A stretch of 63,274 bases of DNA, counting the filler, from Cercozoa sp. M6MM (lineage: Eukaryota > Protista > Endomyxa: Ascetosporea), in assembly GCA_040357565.1 (NCBI GenBank). It is 11 parts of 11 records of this genome, joined end to end, with 100 filler letters (N's around TTAATTAATTAA, not from the genome) between each part and the next. Parts side by side here need not be neighbours in the genome. Positions count along the whole stretch, not along the records: positions 34,397 to 41,230 come from JBDODJ010000686.1; positions 41,331 to 45,527 come from JBDODJ010001204.1; positions 45,628 to 51,051 come from JBDODJ010000912.1; 8 more parts are not named here. One strand, 5' to 3'. How positions within the stretch are numbered: the stretch's first letter is position 1; each line of letters opens with the position of its first letter. Below the pieces are notes generated by a model. That model made no database searches. It saw only the letters and a list, made by a program, of their open reading frames with translations, and was not told the origin of the DNA. This document shows, piece by piece, positions 35,803-48,591 of the stretch. The translations under genes were made by a program, and so were the position numbers.

Positions 35803-38800
35803 ATGTCGTCGGTGAACGACAACTCGCTGCGTGAGTCGCTGCTGGACGCCTCGCCCACGATGGACGAGGACACGACGCTGCACACGTACGGCTCGGAGGA
35901 GGAGTCGCTGCTGGGTCCCGAGGAAGCGTACTCCGACTTTTTCTCTGTCCAAACGCAGCCTTAACCTATTCCAAGGGTCTTTGTGCGTGCAGCGAGCCGC
36001 AGTGGGTCACAGACGGCAAGCGCATCTTCCGTTCGTACAAATGGACGGTACCTGGGCTGTCCATAAGACCTATCGCTCCCTTAAGTGAAATTGTGTTGAA
36101 CAGGTGCTGATCTGCATTCTCGCGTGCATTGCGCTCGGCGTGGCGGCTGCGATGGTGCGCTTTCACCCCCCCCGTTTAGTCTTCCTTGCACCTCTACCCC
36201 CCCCCTAAACAGGTGCCGGACCAGTCGGGCAAGCAGTCGGAGCAGTCGGACCTCGAGTGGTCCACGATCCAGAAGTTCGCCGTGGCCGGTAGGAACTCTT
36301 CTTACGAGGGGAGGGTAAAGACGGGTAAGAGAGGGTAAAGCTGCGACTTGGCAGGCGCCGAGTGCGACGAGGGCTACCCGATGGGCGTGGTCTTCGTGCC
36401 TGCCGGTGGCGAGCAGTCGATCCATATGTCGCTCCTTGAGGTAGCCGTCTTGTCCATTTTCGGACCTGTCCATGTGTACTGTCCTGTTTGTGCCGTCCAT
36501 GTGTACAATGTGTACCGTGTCGCAGTACGCGGCTCAGCAGCAGGCGGACGTGGAGGGCAGTTTCACGCTGCTGTGCGAACAACCCGGCATCACGGGCCAG
36601 TCCTGGCTCACCATTGGCGTCGGTACGCTGCCTTAACCAAATCGCAGCCTTAACTATCTCCTCCTTTACCAAGTTGCACCCTTAACTGTCCCTCCCTTAA
36701 CCAACTTGCACCCTTAATAGTGGCCGTGTCGCTCGTTGTTATGATCGCCGATCTGCCGCCCGAGTTGGTGCTGCTGGCCGCCACTGTGGCCCTGGTACCT
36801 TACCTCCTCCCTCTTACCCCCTCCCTCCCTTACCCCCTCCCTTACCCCCCCCGAATAGGTCCAACTGGGCGTCATTACGGAGAGCGAGGCCTGGGAGGGC
36901 TTCTCCAACAATGGCGTGCTAACTGTACTTTTACCCCTATCCCCTCTCTTTATCCCCCACCCCCGCTTACCCCCCCCCCCCCGGTGAGACAGGTCGGTGT
37001 GCTGTTCACGGTGGCCAAGGGAATCGAGAACACTGGCGCCGTCGACATGGTGTTCAAGAAGGTGCTCGGTCGGCCGGTAGTTCTACACTTTCCTTTAACC
37101 CCCCTACAGGTTTACCCCCCCCCCCTCATAGACCAACCTGGAGGGAGCACTGTTCAAGATGCTCGTGCCTGTGGCCATCTTCAGGTATCGCACCTTTTGC
37201 CCCTTACCCCTTTACCCCCTACCCCCCCACAGTGCCTTCCTGAACAACACGCCGGTGGTGGCCATCATGATTCCGATCCTCGAGTCCTGGAGCAAGCGCA
37301 TCGGACAGGCGCCGGGCAAGCTCATGATGCCGCTGTCCTACGCCTCGATGCTGGGCGGAATGGTAGAGACGCAGCCTTAACAAACAGATGCTTAACAGCA
37401 CCCTCTTAAACAGCACCCCTTAAACAGTACCCCCTCCCCCTTTAACAATGTGTGTGTGCAGTCCACGCTGATCGGCACGAGTGCCAACCTGATCATTTCG
37501 GGTCTCCTGGCCGACAAGGGCGGCGTCTCCTTCACGCTGTTCGAGATGATGCCTGTGGTAGTCTCTACACACACTCTCTTAAGGGGCCTCCTCTGCTTTG
37601 GTTAAGGCTGCGTTTCGGTGGCTACAGGGCGGTCCCTGCGTCCTGGCCGGTATCGTGTACATGGCCTTTGCCTCGCGCTGGCTACTGCCGGGTCGCCAGT
37701 TGCAAGACAACGACGACGACGATAAGGCTGAGCATAAGGTAGGCATACGTACAGAGGGTGAGGTGGGGGGGGGGGTAAATTGTTGTTAACTGGCAGGGAG
37801 GCGAGCGTCAATACAACGTGGTCTTCCGCGTCGCCGAGGAGTCGCCGCTGCTGGAGGAGACACTTGGTACCCCCCACCCCACCTCCCCTATCCTGATACC
37901 CATACCCCCACCCTGGACAGGCTCGTGCGGTCTGCTGAAACTGAAGGGCGCGCAGTTGGTGTCGCTGCGTCGCGACGGCCATGCACTGCCGCTGCCGGGT
38001 CATGGTAGTTTACCCCCCCTCTTACCCCCCTACTTACCCCCCCCCCNNNNNNNNNNNNNNNNNNNNNNNNNNNNNNNNNNNNNNNNNNNNNNNNNNNNNN
38101 NNNNNNNNNNNNNNNNNNNNNNNNNNNNNNNNNNNNNNNNNNNNNNCGTTCTGTCCTTCACGGCCACGGCCGATGCCGTCGTTGCCTTGCGTCGTGGTAC
38201 TTTTTCGCCCCTCCCCCTACCCCTCTCTGCCCCCCCCCCCCAGTGCGCGGCCTGCAGCTGCAGAACGCACAGGTGTCTCTGCTGGGTCGACGCCGTGTAC
38301 CTTTCCTCTTGTGTTTCTGTGTTGATGTATTGTGCATGTGTATGTGTTGTGTATATATATGTATGTGCATATGTATTTATGTATGTGTAGATGTATGTGT
38401 ATGTATGTGTACATGTGTGTATGTATATGTGTATGTATGTGGATATATGTATGTATGTGTATGTGTGTCTGTATATATGTGTGTCTGTATATATGTGTGT
38501 CTGTATATATGTGTGTCTGNNNNNNNNNNATATATGTGTGTCTGTATATATGTGTGTCTGTATATATGTGTGTCTGCATATATGTGTGTCTGTATATATG
38601 TGTGTCTGTATATATGTGTGTATGTATGTCTGTATGCATGTGTGTCTGCCTATGTATCAATGTATGTGCGGACAGCGGCATCGTGTGCTAGTGGAGGCCG
38701 TGCTGGGCCAGTCGTCACCGCTGGTGGGACAGAGCTTCATGCAGGCGCGCACCGACAAGGTCTACGACGCCGCCGTTCTGTGCGTGCGACCTTGGCGCGG

Positions 38801-40031
38801 CAACTCGCCGGCCAACCGTGAACGCGGCGTCTCGGTCGTTGACGCCGCCGTCGAAGCGCAGGAGGTATTCCCCCCCCCCTGCCCCCCCCCCCACCCTACA
38901 TTCCGGTGGTACAGTGCGTGCCGCGCGACTACGTGTATGGCGTGGGCGACTCGCTGATCATGGAGACGTACCCCAAGTTCGCCGAGCAGTACGGCAACGC
39001 GCGCGAGTTTTTGGTACCGTGCGGTTTTTGCTTTATCGCTATACTGTATGGCAAACGCGCCTCGCCTGTGCAGCTGGTGCGCGTGATTGACGACTCTATG
39101 CCGCCGCGTAACTACACCAAGATGGACAAGTTCCGCGTGTGGTTCTCGCTTTTCGGCCTAGTCGCCATGGTCTCGCTGTCGGCCTTTGTCGATGAGGTAG
39201 GCACACACTCTCACTGTCCCAACCAACACATTCCGCCGGGCTTTTCTAGGTGCTGCTGCTGGAAGCCGCCATGATTCTGTCGGGCCTTATGGTGCTCACC
39301 AAGTGGTACAGTGGCTACAATTACATATACGTACAGCTATGGATACGCCTATTGCTCTTGATTCAGCATGTCGGTGGCTGAGGCGTTCCGTGCCATTAAT
39401 TTCCGCGTGATTCTCGCCATTGTGGCCGCTTTTGGCATGGGTACTCGGCTCTTTTCGCCCGCTCATTTTTTAATCTTTCTGGTGAAACGTCTAATTTTTA
39501 AACTTTAAAAATAGGCACGGCGATGGAGAAGACGGGCGTGGCCGCTTGGATCGCCGAGAATGTCATTGTGCAGCTCGCGCAGCCGCTGGGTATGCCGCAA
39601 CCTTGAGCAACGTGGTTTTAAGCAAAAAATAATCTTGTTGTGTGTTGAAACAGGTGACTTTGCCGTGCTGTTTGCCGTGGCACTGGTGACGTCCTTCATG
39701 GGCGCCATCATCTCCAATAATGCCACCGTCATTCTCATGTTCCCGATCTGCTTTAATGTCGCCCTGCAAACCTGTACAGACTCCTGTCCGTGGTTGCTTC
39801 TGATTTGATGTATGTGTATGGCATTGGTGTCCAGCCATGGACGTCAAGCGCGTGCTGGTGGTGCTCATGATGGCCGGTTCGTCGTCGTTCCTGACGCCGA
39901 TCTCGTACCAGACGAACCTCATGGTGCTGCAGCCCGGCAACTACGCCTTCCTGGACTACTTCTGGTTTGGCGCGCCGCTGCAGCTCATCGTCATGCTGGT
40001 GGCCGTCGCTATGGCCACGCTGATCTACTAG
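35803..40031 (+). CDS. SLC13/DASS-family anion transporter with TrkA-C domains (SLT/SAC1-like)
   Basis: EAWEGFSNNGVLT|VGVLF...GIENTG, SAFLNNTPVVAIMIP, KLMMPLSYASMLGG, TLIGTSANL, TrkA-C-like middle, ISNNATVILMFPI, SSSFLTPISYQTNLMV..PGNYAFLDY..FGAPL. Confidence 0.93.
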
Positions 40032-40350
40032 ATCACGCTGCCGGTGAAAGCGAAAGCTGCTGACTGATCCCGCATAATCATTTCTACGCTGCGAAGCTGC
40101 ATTGCGTTTTGTTTTTGCGATTTTTAAGGAATTGAACATTTCGATTCTCTTGCGGGTAGAATGCATGCGACGACGAACAAACGAACTGACCTGTGCGCGG
40201 CGTACTGTAATTGACCGCGGATCGATAGCACACAGAAAAGCGAAAGTCGAGTTGAATTCGAATTCGATTGATGCGTTTCAGTTTTTTGCACTCAGAGGAT
40301 TCCGACGGAGTTGGGCAAGATTAGAGTGCTCGAGTGTGTGTCTTCAGTTC

Positions 40351-41126
40351 TCACATGACAAGGCCATCGTCATCGTCGTCTTCGCTGTCGTCGCTGTCGG
40401 AGGAGGAGGAGGAGGAGGGTGTCCCCCTGCTCTCCTCTGTGCAGACAGTAGACTCATGATTAACCTGAGAGAAAGCAAGTTGTACCTTCGTTCTTGCTGC
40501 TGTTGTCTTGGTTGTCGTTCTCCTCGTCTTGGTCGTTGTTGTCGCTGTCGTTGTCGCTGTCGTTGTCGGACTGTTCGTCATCGCTGTCGGCGGCGCCGTT
40601 CCACCAACGGATCAGTCCGAGGCCGTTCTCCTGCTCGCACACGTACAGTAACAGATAAACAGATACCGGTCCCAGGCCAGTCCAAGTCCCAGTCCAGTCC
40701 AGTCCAGTCCAGTCCGGTCCAGTCCCAGTTCCAGTTCAGTCCAGTCCCAGCCCAGTCCAGTCCAGGCTATTCCGGAAGTGTAATTCAACGAGTTTTGTAC
40801 CGATTTGATACTGCCGATCACTCGCATCGGTTGCCTAATCTCAGACTAGCAAAAAAGATAAGGGGAGGTGAAGGGGGATAAAGGTGGGTGAACGGAGGGT
40901 ATGAAAGGGAGGGTAAGACAGGGAGTTCTATCCTACCAGGAAGCGAATCGTGCCAACGCCCTCAAAGTCGAAATCCTTCGGCAAAAAGTCGGTTTTCACC
41001 ACGCGGAAGCGCAGTCTCTGTTCTCGCAGGGCTTAAGGGGGGTATAAAATGGGGGAGGTAAGACTACCTGTCCCTTGTGCATCGTGAGTGCTGTATTTTT
41101 GTTGTACTGCCAGGTCCAGCATGCCC
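40351..41126 (-). CDS. POLR3H: RNA polymerase III subunit RPC8/RPC25, 3' exons, with acidic C-terminal tail
   Basis: CWTWQY...LTMHKGQ|RLRFRVV..., PMRVIGSI...ENGLGLIRWW (family C-terminus GLGL.SWW). Confidence 0.85.
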
Positions 41127-41436
41127 TGGGAGAGAGGGGAAAAAAGTGGGGATAAAGCAGGAATATAGTGAGTTAAGTGGGGGTAAAGTGGGGATAAAGT
41201 GGGTGGGGGGGGGGGGTAAAACTCAGACCTNNNNNNNNNNNNNNNNNNNNNNNNNNNNNNNNNNNNNNNNNNNNTTAATTAATTAANNNNNNNNNNNNNN
41301 NNNNNNNNNNNNNNNNNNNNNNNNNNNNNNGGGGGGGGGGGGGGGCAAAAAGGAAGGACGTGAGTAAAGGAGTTAAAGGAGGTAGAGAGAGTAAAGAGAC
41401 ACAGGAGTAAGGGGTAAAGGGGAGTCAACTGGCTAC

Positions 41437-41543
41437 CTGCCGCAGTCGAGCGCCTGCTTGAGTGTACGCATGTACGCCAATTGTTCTGGGTACACATGCG
41501 GAAACGGAAACACCACGTGGACTCCGTCCAGGTCAAACTCCAT
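41437..41543 (-). CDS. ERCC2: TFIIH helicase XPD/Rad3, first exon only
   Basis: MEFDLDGVHVVFPFPHVYPEQLAYMRTLKQALDC matches the XPD N-terminus (V.FPY..IYPEQ..YM..LK..LD). Confidence 0.85.
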
Positions 41544-41736
41544 GGCACCGAATGCCGCCCAATCACGACTCTCCTGTCTCTAACTTCGCCTGATTCTTGG
41601 CAATCTAGATTTCTTTAAACTGTTTGTTGTTCGAACACTGTTTTGTCCATTGCATTTAATTTTGGCGGGGCACTTTTCGTGATTCCCACGGTGTTTCACT
41701 GTGCTCAGCCGTGTCTAAGCTAGTGTGGAAGATATC

Positions 41737-44700
41737 ATGGCTGGCAAACGCATTGTTTCGGCCACTGTGTAAGTTTCTTGTTTTGCTTTTTTTGGATTCT
41801 TGGGATATGTTCTCGTTGATTATTAGCTTCGTGGTGGATCGCCACCCGACCATGCGAAAGGAAACTGGCGTGACGGTGCAAGAGCTGGGTGTTGATAAAA
41901 AGGTCAGCGGCTCGATGCTGGCTCAGGTGCGTTTCTTGCCGAGTCAACAAAATTATCATTGCTTGATTTTATCAGGAGTACCTGCGAAACCACCTGTCGC
42001 AAATGCTTCTGTTCAAGGTGCTTTTTAGGTTGAAGAAGTTTAAATGTGCCTCCAAAAGCTTCAGTTTGACAGAAAAATGCTCATTCGGCTGTGGTGCTGT
42101 TCAACACGGCTGAGACGAGCAACGATTTGCACGACCAGTGCGGTAGCAATGTTTCTGTTTGTTTTTTGTGTGCTGTTTTGACCTGCGAAAGCGCATCGAA
42201 ACACTACTCAGGTGGCTACGAACACGTCAATGCGACGAAAGCGATGGGCGCACCCTCACTTCGCGACTTGAATTCTGTGCTTTTTTTCTGCGATCATTCT
42301 TTCGACAGTTTATTTTTTTGAAACAGTTTATGTGGAATTCTGTCCTAATGGACAGGTGGACGACTACCTCGGTTGCGAAGATGACGAGGACGAGTTTGAG
42401 GACGTTGAATTTGAGGGAGTATCTTCTCTTTATTTTTTATTTTTTGACTGACTGGCTTGAACAAAATCCGAAAAATACAGGATGGCGCCGATCTCTTCGA
42501 TGCGGTGCTGGTGGCCATGGGACAGCTGCAGGGTGCATTTTGTGTCTGTTCTGAATGATGTCCGCAACGAACACAATTTATAGGACTCACGCCTGCTGTT
42601 CAGAAAAAGATTGGTACTAATCGTTTTTTTTTTTTCTGTTTGCCGAGTGCATGGTTTGCTGAATCTGGAATGAGCAGTTCTGGTCACAAGCGCAAGCACG
42701 CCGTGTGGTGATCTGGACCAGCTGTCCACCATTGGTACTCTATCGGTTCTTGTTGGTTACTTCAATAACGGAACAATACTAAAACAGGCGGCAGTCTCGT
42801 GGACCAAAAGATTGAACTTGAAGTTGTTCTGCCCTATCGATACGAAGATCCGACCCGCAACGTATCTTTTTTCTATCTAGTGGTTGATCAGTTTGCTTAG
42901 TTTATTAGTGTTTACCGATTTGTGGGAACAAAATCTTGTCTGTTGATCATTCAGGCTCCGTTCTCTGAAGTGGAAACCAAAAACTACAAGATTATTGATG
43001 AATTTGCAACGAAGCACACCGTGTGCAACCTTCTGCTGGCCGAAGCTGCGGTTCCTTTTTCTTTCGCCTTCTTCAGAAACTCGAGTTGAGATTTTTGTTC
43101 CTGTAGGCAGCGAAATCTGTGCCAACCAATCAGAAGCCAACAATGCAGAATGCACTGTACAATGGCCCGCTGGAGATCACCAAGGATCTTTCTGTGCAAG
43201 TCAGCATCTATACCAAGGTGCGCGAGCTCACTGGTAGCGTTTCTCGCAAGGGGGGTTCTTGTAGTCAAGTTCTAAACTTGTGTGAGATAATCCGTATGTA
43301 CTTTGAACAGCTTCAACACTGCGAACAAAGACATGGGAGCGAATGTGCGACAATCCTGAAGAGTACGTTGAGCCGATGCGCGTGTACCAAACCTTTGACG
43401 ACGAGCCAAAGGTGACGTACGAATCCAACGATGAGGACATTCGTACGGTACCAATTCTCGCAGCTTTTTGAAAACTCTGACTTTCCATGTTTCGTTTGGT
43501 TTATTGCTTAGGCCTATCGTTACGGTGTCGACGGACTCGTGCCGGTTGACGAACAGGACAAGATTCACATCATGGAGAGGTATGACAGTTAGCTTGACAG
43601 ATCTTTATAGCTGTCAAAAAAATGATTTTTCTGGTTTAGTGAGGAGAAGAACATGCGGCTCGTGTGTTTCGTCAAGGAACGTCGCATTCCGCGGTAGGCA
43701 GCTTTTTGTCCTCTTGTTGTGATCCTCTGTTTTGACCCTCGAGGGTTTGTTTGTCAAAGCTATTGGTACAAGGGCGGTGTCGACATTGTCGTTCCCAAGA
43801 AGAAGAGCGAAACTGACGCCATTGCACTCAGCGCTTTCATCGGCGCGCTCGCTGATCAGGTTTCTTCATTTTTCTGTCACTTTCTCAATTTGAATTTCGC
43901 ATGTTTTTTCTGCAGAAAAAACTCGCAATTTGCCGAATCGTGTCTCGAAAGGGCGCTTCCGTACTATTATGTCTTTAGTCTATTATGTCTTTAGTCGCTC
44001 CAAATTGTCATTCAGATCCTCTGTAGCCAAGATGTGTCGCTCTGGCGCCTTATCTCGAGGAAGAAGCCGCTGGTATCGATGATTTATTCGATGATTTATT
44101 CGTTTGAAAGGTGTATTTTGAATTGAGTGAACAACCTTGTTTGCTCAGACGTGCCGTGCTTGCAAATGTTCACTTTACCGTTTTCGAATGAATTCCGGTC
44201 GCATTGGACGTTCTCATCGGTATTTCGTGTTTTAAAGTTGTTCCAAACTTGCTTTTTCGTATATTTCTTCGTTTGCAAATCAAAATACTAAATCAAAATA
44301 TGTATTATCCTGCAGGTGCTGGCCGAGAACAATGCTCGCCGTCAGATGGGTCTGGTGCCGTCGGAAGCACTCGTGGAGGTAGTTCTAATTGTAGCCACTG
44401 AGTTGTGTGTGTGTTTGTAGCCACTTCATGTTATTATGCTGTCTCTGTCTTCCAGGACATGGAAGAGTTGGTCGATGCCATGGACTTGTCGCACACAGTG
44501 GCGTACGTTGAGCTCCTTGTGAGAAACGCCTTTTGGTATTTTGTGCAGTGCGCAAAAGAACAAGGATTTCTTGCTGCCGGAAAGCACGTCGAATCCGCTG
44601 CTGCGCCGACTGTACCACAACGTGCAAGAGCGCGCACTCACGCTGGACGGTCTCAAGGACGGTACTGTCAAGTGTCTCACTGTGTGCTGCTGTTGCACAC

Positions 44701-45410
44701 CCTTGTTTCAGAGGACGCGGACGAGGATCCGCTCGAGTGGCGCAACTTTGAAAAACTCGGACTCAAGCTGAACACGACCACGCCAGATGCCAGCAGTGGT
44801 ACGATTTTTTAGAGCTGTCTCTTGTAAACCCAAGTTCGTCCATTTGGACCAAAACTTACGCAAGTGCAGTCTGGCTACAGCGTCAGCCGAAGTTTGTCGT
44901 GCCTGTCGAGGAGAAGCTCAACGAGATCTTTGCCAGGTGCGTTGAGTTGCTTTGCTTTGAATGAGTTGCTTTTCGGTGGAGTCGAGTTGAGTTGCTTTGA
45001 GCTGAGTTGAGTTGCTTTGAGTTGAATTGAGTTGCTTTGAACTGAGTCGAGTTGAGTTGAGTTGCTTTGCTTTAAGTCGAGGTTGAGTCAGTTGCGATGT
45101 GTGCTCTGCAGACTGGAAATGCACGCCGATTTGCGCATCTTCCGCGACGACCAGGAGCAAGACGTGATTCCGACCTTTGTGCTGCAGCAATGGAACCAAG
45201 CGGTAGCAGTTCGCTTTTGCTTTGAAAATTGGCTTTTTTGTTTCGAAAGCAGCTTTGCTTTGAAAAGCTTTGTTTCGAAATTAGCTTTGCTTCGAACAGC
45301 TTTGTTTCGAAGTTAGCTTTGTTGCTCTTGCGTAGGAACCGGTGGAGGAGAAGAAGGCCGGTCTGCCCGAAAAACTCAGCACGGCTGATCCTGCTGCCGA
45401 TCTTATCAAG
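41737..45410 (+). CDS. XRCC5: Ku80, 3'-partial
   Basis: vWA start FVVDRHPTM, VVLFNTAETSNDL, ADLFDAVLVAM, LEITKDLSVQVSIYTK, AYRYG, ALSAFIGAL, LPFSNEFR, MEELVDAMDL, NPLLRRLYHNVQERAL. Confidence 0.9.
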
Positions 45411-45627
45411 GTAGGCTTCTTGTGTTACCCCCCCCCCCCTCCTGTCAACCTGGTATGTGTGTTTCGAAGATGGTCAACAGCCGCAATCCCACACTTATGA
45501 CGACAGCTTTTCAGTGCGTTTCTTGTTNNNNNNNNNNNNNNNNNNNNNNNNNNNNNNNNNNNNNNNNNNNNTTAATTAATTAANNNNNNNNNNNNNNNNN
45601 NNNNNNNNNNNNNNNNNNNNNNNNNNN

Positions 45628-45676
<49 letters not shown>

Positions 45677-45687
45677 AACAAGCACTA

Positions 45688-45928
45688 CCAGGCAAATGAA
45701 CCCACCAACGAGTCGAAGCGAGGCAGGCTATCCTCAAAGTACATCGCCAACGGCAAGTCGTTTTCTTCCGCATCTTCAATAATTTCGCGAGGCCACGTAA
45801 CACCCCTGTCTTCTCTGAGTCATACAGATCGCTTGCACATTGCAAAAGCGAGCACCAACAGCAAGAAATTACAGATCACGAAAGAGTCGCGCAATTTCTC
45901 GACACCGGATCGTCTGCTTGTCCAACAT
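45688..45928 (-). CDS. Hypothetical protein, N-terminal exons only
   Basis: MLDKQTIRCREIARLFRDL|GVTWPREIIEDAEENDLPLAMYFEDSLPRFDSLVGSFAW splices in frame with GT-AG, then runs into a microsatellite at the scaffold end. Confidence 0.45.
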
Positions 45929-46190
45929 CGGGACCAACCACCTGCTTTGTCGAGTTTCTGCAATGAACCAAGTTTCCTGTCTCTCTTAAACGCGTTCAAG
46001 TTGTTTTCTACTCTAAATCCGTTGCTGCGCTGTGCACACGCGTTTTGTAGTGGGACAATTTACCTCTCATTCTTTAATTTAGATGAGACAACCGCGAGCA
46101 TGCGTACAGTGACAGTTTATGTAAAGCCTGATGAAATAAAACACTTAGACTCCGAGTTCAAGTTGGCATCGATCGAGCGGCGCCAGTGCG

Positions 46191-46373
46191 TCAAAGCTTG
46201 CGGCACAGGGTGACGCCGTCGGAGAGTGGCAGCAGCACGAGGTCGACGCGCTGGTCGGCGTGCAGCTTGACGTTGAGTTCGTGGATGGCACGTGTGCTAG
46301 CATCGGCGGCCACCTTGTCGGGGTCGGCGACATCACCCGCCCACAGCGTGTTGTCTGAACAATCAATATGCAT

Positions 46374-46408
<35 letters not shown>

Positions 46409-47362
46409 TATAGACGAATATACATCTGGACATATATTATATATATAGACATATATATATATATATATATATCTATATACATAGATGTAAACATAGGTAG
46501 GCACCAATGGCAATGACGCCGCCAACACGCAGCAGCTTGAGTGCGCTCTCGTAGTAGTTGTCGTAGTTGCCCTTGTCGGCATCGATGAAGACCAGGTCGT
46601 ACTGCAAACAGCACGTATCCGAAATAAAATGGGGGGACAAAGAGGTTAGAAGGACTACCGTTCCTGCCTCGCTGCTGTCGTTTTCGAGTGCGGCCAGAGT
46701 CTCTGTGGCCGGAGCCAGACGCAGGTCGATCTTGTCGGCGACACCAGCCTCCTGCCAGAATGGCTTGCCGATGTTGGTGTACTACACAATTCATTGTATT
46801 CTGCACACAGGCAAAGTCTGGCTCAAGCTTGAAGAAAGACAGAGTGCACCTCCTCACTGACGTCGCATGCAACGAGTTTGCCCTCCTCTGGAAGAGCTAG
46901 TGCCATTGCCATGGCACTGTAGCCCTGAACAAGCCAGACAGGAAATCTTCTGCAAAGCCGTAACATCGCTATATATATTCGAAACTAACCGTGAAAGTGC
47001 CGACTTCGATGACCTTCTTGGCACCCAACAAGCCAACAAGGAAGTTCAAAAGCTGCGCTTCGTCCTTGCTGATCTGCATGACTCTACAGCGACACAGCAA
47101 CAACTCAAGAGCCGAAGTTAACCACACTGAGACAAAAGGTACAGACGTGTGCCGGTGGCTTCGCGAGTGCGGTCACGCAAGCGATCAAAGACATCGCCAA
47201 GACGCACACCGTGCTGCTTGACGTAGTTGAACTGCACAAAGGGAACAAAGAACATTGGATATCTGTCCAACTCACAGTGCTTCGCACAGCCAGGTTTACC
47301 AGGGTTCTCGAGATGCCCAAGCTCTTGTGCTCGGGGTCGGAAGCAGAAAGACCGTGCGACAT
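46191..47362 (-). CDS. SAM-dependent O-methyltransferase (COMTD1/CCoAOMT-like, Methyltransf_3)
   Basis: [22 protein letters not shown]|[45 protein letters not shown]. Confidence 0.95.
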
Positions 47363-48017
47363 GCTTCTGCACAGCACGTTCACAAGGGTATCTCAACGCT
47401 TTCTCAACTGCAACGCAAGTACTGTGAGTGGACAGCATACGCGAATGGACGCAGTTGAAGTTGTTGACAAGAAGACGAAGAGGAAGACGAAGAAGGAAAC
47501 GAGTGAAACTTGCACTTCTGCTGATAGAGAATGTTTGAAAACTGCGAGATTCCACGAAGCTTCTTTCCCAGCATTGCAGTTTCTAATACTGTATTTCCAC
47601 GCTGCCCCCCGCTTCTTTCACAACAGAATCGCGACAGAATCAGCGAGCTATCAAACTTGCAAAACGCCCTCCAAAAGCAAACTTACTAGCTTTTTAAGAG
47701 TTAGATTAAATCTTTAACGATGGCACAGACTACAGCGAGTGCTCGAGTTGGTCAAGATAGTGTATTATGGGCTCATCGTCTAATCGTTGAGCCGATGTCG
47801 AACCGCTGCACAGTACTGTATTGTATCGTGTACGTCGGTGGGGCTAGGAAGCGTGTGCAGTGCTGCACTAAACTGATCAACACGTCCTTAGAGGACCAGA
47901 GCGTCTCAAGCCTCGACGTTCGTCTCTTCTTGGTATCGGAATTTTGCGCCGAGTGTTGTTTTTTAATACGACTTGTCCTTTAGTACGCAGGGTTAACTCT
48001 TACATACTAGAGCAAAA

Positions 48018-48591
48018 ATGGAAGCCAACGCACAGTTGATTCCGCCGAAATACTTTGTTTCACTCGCAAAACTGGAAGCGAAAACAACGACCCATTTACA
48101 GGTGTGCGAAACCCCCCCCCCGATTTGTGCTCTTTGCGAAAGTGCTCAATGTTTGTTCAGTACATTCTTCTGGCGCAATGCGTTGCCTACATCATCGGAA
48201 TGCTGTTGCAACTCTGGTTTTTCCGGTATGCTTTGCTCAACTATTGGTGTAGCAATCCACTTGGGTAGATGTATATCTCGTTTTGCATGGTGCAGGTGGT
48301 ACAACATGACAGCTGCGGTATACTCAAAACTGAAATCAACGAAGTTTGTTTGTGTCGAAGAGAGTGCTAAACTGTGTCCCGTGTGTGCTGTAGTTCATTG
48401 GCGTGGTGTCGCTGTACCCGGGGTTTTACGGCCAGGCGAAAAAGTCGCTTAATTCGCTGCTTGTGTTTCTTTTCTTCCAAGGTGTTGGTGGCGCTGTGGT
48501 AAGACTCACTTCGTTGAGCGCGGGGGAGAGGGGGGTTAAATGTCCGCTTGCTCACTGTAGGTTCTTGTGGCGGCCTGCTACAGTTTCTTAA
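48018..48591 (+). CDS. Small hypothetical membrane protein
   Basis: Probable exons MEANAQLIPPKYF...HLQ|YILLAQCVAYIIGMLLQLWFFR|WYNMTAAV|FIGVVSLYPGFYG with hydrophobic stretches; boundaries uncertain. Confidence 0.4.

Noticed and set aside
45788-45807. 20-nt match CGAGGCCACGTAACACCCCT to the reverse complement of ~61707-61726
   Set aside because: No flanking homology and different genic contexts; treated as chance.
46191-46193. Alternative genetic code or stop reassignment
   Set aside because: TAA, TAG and TGA all occur at expected C-termini; apparent in-frame stops I traced fall in introns.
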